From Coleofasciculus sp. B1-GNL1-01 (GTDB lineage: Bacteria > Cyanobacteriota > Cyanobacteriia > Cyanobacteriales > Coleofasciculaceae), in assembly GCA_040220235.1 (NCBI GenBank), contig JAVJTO010000018.1: 33,919 bases of DNA. The stretch is one strand, 5' to 3'. Numbering within the stretch: position 1 is the stretch's first letter; each line of letters begins with the position of its first letter. A model generated the notes under the pieces. The model was not told where the DNA came from. It searched no databases and saw only the letters and a program-made list of their open reading frames with translations. This document shows, in pieces, positions 28,783 to 33,919 of the stretch. A program made the position numbers and the translations under genes.

Positions 28783-30102
28783 ATGATGATTTCACAAACC
28801 GAGTATCGCCAACGCCGCGAACAGTTGATGAGTCAGATTGGTCAGGGGACGGCTATCTTCCGCAGCGCCCCAGTTGCGGTGATGCATAATGATGTGGAGT
28901 ATAATTTTCGTCAGGATAGTGATTTCTTTTATCTGACGGGGTTTAATGAAGCTGAAGCGGTGGCGGTGTTAGCGCCGCACCATGCTGAACACCGCTTTGT
29001 CCTGTTTGTCCAACCGAAAGATCCAGAAAAGGAAGTTTGGACAGGGTATCGGACGGGGGTTGATGGGGCGAAGGAACGGTATGGCGCGGATGAGGCGTAT
29101 CCGATTACGGAACTGGATGAGAAGTTACCCCAGTATTTAGAGAAAGCCGATCGGATTTATTATCAATTAGGGCGCGATCGCGAGTTTAATCAAACCGTTC
29201 TCACCCATTGGCAAAGGTTGATGCGGACATATCCTAAGCGGGGAACGGGTCCGATGGCGATTGAGTCCACGAATCCGCTTCTCCAGAAAATGCGCTTGAT
29301 CAAGAGTCCAACCGAGTTGGAGATGATGCGTAAAGCTGTGGCGATTTCCGTAGACGCCCATAATCACGCCCGCCAATTTGCCCAACCGGGATGTTACGAG
29401 TACCAAATTCAGGCGGAAATCGAACATATTTTCCGTCAACGGGGGGCGTTGGGTCCAGCCTATCCGTCGATTGTGGCGTCGGGGGTGAATAGTTGTATCC
29501 TGCATTATGTGGAAAATACCCGCCAGATGGAAACTGGGGATTTGCTGTTGATTGATGCGGGCTGTGCTTATGAGTATTACAATGCCGATATTACCCGCAC
29601 CTTTCCGATTGGGGGCAAATTTAGCGAAGATCAACGGATCATCTATGAGTTGGTATTGAAGGCGCAGCAAGAGGCGATCGCACAAGTGCAACCCGGAAAG
29701 CCCTATAATCTATTTCACGATACCGCCGTGCGGGTATTGGTAGAAGGATTAATGGATTTGGGATTGTTGGCGGGAGATATCGAGGAAATTATTAAGGAGG
29801 AGAAATATAAACCCTTCTACATGCATCGGACTGGACATTGGTTAGGATTAGATGTTCATGATTCTGGAGTATATAAGAATGGGGAAGAATCCTGGCAAAC
29901 CTTTGAACCGGGTCAAGTGGTGACGGTGGAACCGGGATTGTATATTGGCTTAGATATTAAACCTGTGGAAAATCAACCTGAGATTCCTGAACGTTGGCGC
30001 GGGATTGGTGTCAGGATTGAGGATGATGTTTTGGTTACCGAGTCGGGGAATGAGGTGTTAACGGCTGGGGTTCCCAAGTTGGTGGATGAGATGGAAAGCT
30101 AG
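28783..30102 (+). CDS. pepP: Xaa-Pro aminopeptidase P
   Basis: FRQDSDFFYLTG, LIDAG..YNADITRT, HRTGHWLGLDVHD, TVEPG, GVRIEDD. Confidence 0.95.
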   Translation: MMISQTEYRQRREQLMSQIGQGTAIFRSAPVAVMHNDVEYNFRQDSDFFYLTGFNEAEAVAVLAPHHAEHRFVLFVQPKDPEKEVWTGYRTGVDGAKERYGADEAYPITELDEKLPQYLEKADRIYYQLGRDREFNQTVLTHWQRLMRTYPKRGTGPMAIESTNPLLQKMRLIKSPTELEMMRKAVAISVDAHNHARQFAQPGCYEYQIQAEIEHIFRQRGALGPAYPSIVASGVNSCILHYVENTRQMETGDLLLIDAGCAYEYYNADITRTFPIGGKFSEDQRIIYELVLKAQQEAIAQVQPGKPYNLFHDTAVRVLVEGLMDLGLLAGDIEEIIKEEKYKPFYMHRTGHWLGLDVHDSGVYKNGEESWQTFEPGQVVTVEPGLYIGLDIKPVENQPEIPERWRGIGVRIEDDVLVTESGNEVLTAGVPKLVDEMES

Positions 30103-30223
30103 AAGGGTAATAATTTGACCAAAATCCGGAGTGTAGGGTCGGGTTTAGGGACTTTGATCGCGGTGTTACCGATAACTTTTGTGGCAAAACCCGCCCTTTT
30201 CTAAAATCAAAGCAATCAATTCC

Positions 30224-30360
30224 AAAGTAGCCCTGAACTAAAGTAGCCCTGAACTAAAGTTCGGGCTAAAAGCTTAAACCCGTTAAAACGGGTTCAAAGA
30301 CTTAGCTCAAGTAAGCTTAAGCTTACTTGAGCTTTAGGTTCCGGAAATTTATTTCCTGGC
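30224..30360. repeat. Multi-palindrome REPIN/MITE-like element with a 16-bp tandem duplication
   Basis: AAAGTAGCCCTGAACT x2; hairpins at 30245-30267, 30277-30294, 30341-30359; perfect 30-bp palindrome at 30304-30333. Confidence 0.75.
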
Positions 30361-30400
30361 TTTCAAGTTGGCAACATGCTAATTTAGGTAGGATTTGGTA

Positions 30401-30437
30401 GTTTTAGTCCCCTTTTGGGGATTTAGTTGATGGAAAC
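30401..30437 (-). CRISPR. Single 37-bp CRISPR repeat, cyanobacterial type III style (no array)
   Basis: GTTTCCATCAACTAAATCCCCAAAAGGGGACTAAAAC with TCCCC/GGGGA hairpin, downstream of cas genes and a leader. Confidence 0.8.
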
Positions 30438-30650
30438 TCCACCATCTGAAACATCGGCTGCATAAGGATTCTAGAGAGGATTTTCGTCAACCTCTTTTTT
30501 TACCTCATTTCAGCCCCCGCTATTGAAATAGATTCGCAATTGTGAGATAAACTTAAATCGGAAAACTCTTTAATTGTCAAGGTTCTGGCGTTTTTCGTAA
30601 ACCTCCCCGGAAATTCGCCGCCGCTTCGGTTCACGAAATTTTGGGCTGAT
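30438..30650 (-). promoter_or_regulatory. CRISPR leader
   Basis: Non-coding, abuts the repeat; paired GAGGTTTACGAAAA / GAGGTTGACGAAAA motifs and AGAATCCTTAT..TTTCAG like cyanobacterial leaders. Confidence 0.65.
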
Positions 30651-30805
30651 TTCATTTGCGATCGCAGTGTCTTGGCGAGGTTTATTTTGCTCCCCATTGC
30701 GGTTACTCGCTCACGTTTTCTGGGCGCACGGGGCGTGCGCCCCTACAATTTTAACTGAATCGGCAAGCAATATCACATCATAATCTTGGATTTGATGTAA
30801 GTCGT

Positions 30806-31375
30806 TCACTTCCCTGAATAACAATTACTCATCCTCAAGGACTTTTGTAGTTTGACAACGGTTAGATAAAGTAAAGCGAATTGGGTGATCGTTTCGTTAT
30901 GCACCGTTGCAGTAGATTGAGCGATAAAATAACGTTGGGCTAGTTTCGGCTGATTGGGGGAAGTATTTCTCACATCCAGAGTTTCGGGGTAAATTCGCGA
31001 TCGCGGAAATCGGGTTTCATTGATAGGATACCCATAAGCAGGACGCTGTTCAGTTTTCCAATAGGATTTATCCTCAGATTCACTGGAATATTCCGGATCA
31101 TCAATAATCGATTTAAAGCCGGGAACGTCACCTGTATTCGATAACACAAGTACGCTATAACCGTCATTTTTGCGTTTCCAGCGCAATTCGCGATCGCCAT
31201 TAAACATCTGTCCTTCGGGAGAAGGAAAATCATCCGGTAATTTGTCCACAATTCCACTCACTTGATGACTCCAGCGCAGAAAATAATAACTCGGCGCCGT
31301 GGCTTGCTGTTCCACTAATTCTCTTAACTCCGTCTCGGTGAGCAAATCTTGACAAACACCAACAAAAGGACTCAT
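30806..31375 (-). CDS. Csx19-like type III-D associated protein; C-terminus possibly replaced
   Basis: EGQMFNGDRELRWKR and RYF motifs; ATGA overlap with the RAMP gene stop; start MSPFVG at 31375. Confidence 0.6.
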   Translation of the reverse strand: MSPFVGVCQDLLTETELRELVEQQATAPSYYFLRWSHQVSGIVDKLPDDFPSPEGQMFNGDRELRWKRKNDGYSVLVLSNTGDVPGFKSIIDDPEYSSESEDKSYWKTEQRPAYGYPINETRFPRSRIYPETLDVRNTSPNQPKLAQRYFIAQSTATVHNETITQFALLYLTVVKLQKSLRMSNCYSGK

Positions 31376-32322
31376 GCTGCACCTGCTTCCACTCTCTGAC
31401 ACCACGCCCGAACCGCCCGCATAAATAAATCCTGAACTTGTTCCTTTCCTTGCCAGTTTAACTGTACTCCAAACCCCAGCGCCATTGATTCCGCCCGGAG
31501 AGGAGTATCTTGCTGATCATTAGCTGGAAAACCATAGCGTTCTCGTTCCGCTTCCTCCAAAAACATACCAGCCCCCAAAAGTTGATTATCTTGCCATTCA
31601 CCGCCACCGCCTAAACTCCGAATCCGTTGATTTTCAACAATAAAACCCGGATATTGGACAACCGCCTGGTTTAATTTTACCTCCACAATTCCCAATCCGC
31701 GAGACTTAGCAAACCCCAAACCAAACCACCCCTCATCCAAATCCCGCAACACCAAGCCAATTAATCCCAATTGGGCTAACGAGAAGTTTTTCAGATGGAG
31801 TTTAGTGCGAAACTCTCCAGCCGTACAAACTTGGTAATTAAAAAGTCCCACCGCCACCGAACCAAACACGCGGTCAATCGCCACACCATTCCGTTCTTCC
31901 AGTTTCACCAGTTGAGACTCAACTGGATAAGCATCCTCAATTCTAATCCGACTGGCAATTGACGTATTACCAAACATCTGATCCGTAAACGAGGATAACT
32001 TATAAAGTTCATAACCTGACTTATTTTTAAGATAGTCATAATTATCATTTAACGGATCATTTGCCCAGAGGCTATTCGGATTATCAGAATTACGATTATC
32101 GCGTCCCACCGTTCTCACAATTCGTTCCCCATGGGCGCGAATTGACCCTTTTAGAGAACTTCCAGGTAAATAAACCGAACGCCCTCCCCCATGATAGGTT
32201 TCCACGAATTCCATATCCGGCTTTGTGGGATCAGCACCTTCCCGCCCTGACTTAATCAGAATCGGGCCACAGGGGATTAAACTAAAATCAATCGTACATT
32301 GATTAACCAATCGTTTGTGCAT
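31372..32322 (-). CDS. CRISPR-associated RAMP, Cas7 group (Csm3/Csx7-like), type III
   Basis: PILIKSG, YLPGSSLKGSIR, MFG..ASRIRIEDA, RNGVAIDR, Gly-rich LGFAKSRGLG. Confidence 0.9.
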   Translation of the reverse strand: MHKRLVNQCTIDFSLIPCGPILIKSGREGADPTKPDMEFVETYHGGGRSVYLPGSSLKGSIRAHGERIVRTVGRDNRNSDNPNSLWANDPLNDNYDYLKNKSGYELYKLSSFTDQMFGNTSIASRIRIEDAYPVESQLVKLEERNGVAIDRVFGSVAVGLFNYQVCTAGEFRTKLHLKNFSLAQLGLIGLVLRDLDEGWFGLGFAKSRGLGIVEVKLNQAVVQYPGFIVENQRIRSLGGGGEWQDNQLLGAGMFLEEAERERYGFPANDQQDTPLRAESMALGFGVQLNWQGKEQVQDLFMRAVRAWCQRVEAGAA

Positions 32323-32352
32323 AATCTCAATTGATCTTAAACTACCTATCCT

Positions 32353-32979
32353 TTAAGCCGCGACTAACGTATCGAGTTGGGCTTCACAGTGTTGAAAAAT
32401 CGAGTTAACGACGGCAAAGAGTTGATCAAGATTTTCAATAATGTATGGAGTCGTATGTTTGGTAAATACATTGCCTTCTAGCTTGCCAAACTGCCAGACT
32501 TGCCCATTAGACACAATACCAAAGACAGTAATCTGAGGATGTTGATTTAGACGTTGAGCCGCCACCATTTCGGCTGCACACTGACCCCACCCTTCCTTAA
32601 ACTTATCTTGTTTTGCCTCAACCAGCAAAAAATAGGGTTGGTCAAAAACCACTTTTCCCAGAGGAGAGCGTTTAGCTAAAATATACTCCGGAAATCCCGA
32701 AAGCGTCTCATCGTAATTCAGGGATTCATGACTCCATAAAATAAACTTCCTCGAATAACATTTCCAGACCTGTTTCAGCACCGGATAAATAAGATTCTCA
32801 CAAATAGCAAACTCAGAATTATTCACCACCCCTTCCTCCATAACCATCTGGAGATCTTCCCGGAAATAGTCTGGAATATCAAAAGGAGATTCAACAATAA
32901 AATTCGCTTCCGTATAAGTAATCTGAAACTCCTGGATAACCTTCGCAATACTTGTGTACTTGCTAAATGACATAATCAC
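32353..32979 (-). CDS. Cyanobacterial hypothetical protein with PD-(D/E)XK-like / HsdR_N-like motifs
   Basis: SEFAICENLIYPVL, LSGFPEY, LVEAK, GQCAAEMVAAQ, GIVSNGQVWQF. Confidence 0.72.
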   Translation of the reverse strand: MIMSFSKYTSIAKVIQEFQITYTEANFIVESPFDIPDYFREDLQMVMEEGVVNNSEFAICENLIYPVLKQVWKCYSRKFILWSHESLNYDETLSGFPEYILAKRSPLGKVVFDQPYFLLVEAKQDKFKEGWGQCAAEMVAAQRLNQHPQITVFGIVSNGQVWQFGKLEGNVFTKHTTPYIIENLDQLFAVVNSIFQHCEAQLDTLVAA

Positions 32980-33161
32980 CTCACATCATTTCGTTCGTAG
33001 TTGCGCTTTAGCGCCCTAAACGTCACATCACCCACCCCAATTGTAATTCATACGTAGGGTGCGTTAGCGCAGCGTAACGCACCGTTGCACAAAGGCGGGT
33101 TCAAGTTGTTCAATTATCGGTAACCCGCCAAAATCAATCCCTAAACCCGCCCCTAGGATAG

Positions 33162-33919
33162 CAGGGCTAATTCCGCAGTGATGAGAGAAAATTAGGGCGA
33201 CCAGGACTATTCAGACAGCAAGACGACTCTGGGCTAGAAGAACACCATTAGAACACATAGTTACTTTACGCGATCGCTCTTTCCACTAGCACTCATCTAA
33301 GAGTAAGTCACCACAAAGGTTCTGGGGTTTGGCTCAAAGACGCGATCGCGAATTAACTAGCACTCGCTGAGGAACAAGTAACCATAAAGGTTCTAGGGTT
33401 TGGCTCAACAACGCGAGTCGGCACATTTTCTATTAGCTGAAAAATTTGTTCCAGGTTATGACTAATTAGGCTCTCTTCCAGTGGTTATAGATGAATATCT
33501 ATTGTAGCGCAAGATAGTTAATACTAAACTACGAATAATAGAAAAATTAGCGGGAGCGTTACCTTGTCGCATCCGAGAATTATCCTCATCTAACACCACG
33601 TCTTTCACCCAATGTAAACGATTCTCGATGCCCCAGTGACCCCGAATATTTTGGGCAAATTGTGATGCATTGATCGTGAGACTGCTGATGTAGTATACTA
33701 TTTGGTGATAGGGTTTACCTGCTCGTGTACCCAGGCGTTCTACCTTAACTAAACGTCGCAAACTATTCCCATCATCACCCGCCGAAAAGTGGAGTCAGAG
33801 GGAAAACGAGTTGGAGGCAATTGTAGACTTGTGACTAAGGCGTCATGATGCCGACGGCAAAAATCTTCCAGGGCACGATAACCTAAACAATCACTCAAGG
33901 TTCCCATAATGACCAGCAA
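33162..33919 (-). mobile_element. Internally deleted ISAs1-family element (continues beyond the window)
   Basis: C-terminal YYISSL..IRGHWGIENRLHWVKDVVLDED (33462..33761) joined out of frame to N-terminal IMGTLS..GYRALEDF..PSDSTFRRV (~33765..33919); CAGGGC putative end at 33162. Confidence 0.85.
33268..33416 (+). repeat. Two imperfect ~71-bp tandem repeats
   Basis: ACGCGATCGC..ACTAGCACTC..AAGT.ACCA.AAAGGTTCT.GGGTTTGGCTCAA twice. Confidence 0.85.

Noticed and set aside
33268..33416. Tandem repeats as a CRISPR array
   Set aside because: Similarity spans the whole unit with no unique spacers, and it does not resemble the repeat at 30401
1..33919. HIP1 (GCGATCGC) abundance as a novelty
   Set aside because: Well-known cyanobacterial genome feature; used only as a taxonomic clue

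Overview
Cyanobacterial chromosomal window. HIP1 (GCGATCGC) is abundant, psbU and a psb34-like gene are present, and the many REP/STRR repeats suggest a filamentous form. Housekeeping blocks (GerMN, DUF2993, GDSL hydrolase, Atx1/CopZ, mnmG; oxidoreductase, nadB, psbU, 1-Cys Prx, cysK, DUF3082; GNAT, NAD kinase, pepP) alternate with three accessory regions. (1) ~6.6-17.4 kb: Ser/Thr kinase; a DUF3800 gene followed by a convergent structured ~150-190 nt ncRNA candidate with its own predicted promoter; a MITE; a 4.56-kb segment (Rpn-like pseudogene plus frameshifted SMEK-STAND NTPase-TPR gene) bounded by CGGTATAT 8-mers, whose uninterrupted target copy lies nearby; an XRE/hypothetical module with a candidate antisense sRNA; an unannotated psb34-like gene; a frameshifted sulfotransferase-like gene. 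(2) ~24-26.6 kb: small two-gene pair, truncated hsdS, ISL3-like MITE, Rpn/DUF4351-like gene. (3) ~30.2-33.9 kb: type III(-D-like) CRISPR remnant (RAMP plus csx19-like gene, leader, one repeat) next to an internally deleted ISAs1. The best candidates for an undescribed system are the DUF3800 + antisense ncRNA pair and the CGGTATAT-bounded defence cargo. All family assignments come from motif recognition by eye; no database searches or folding programs were run.
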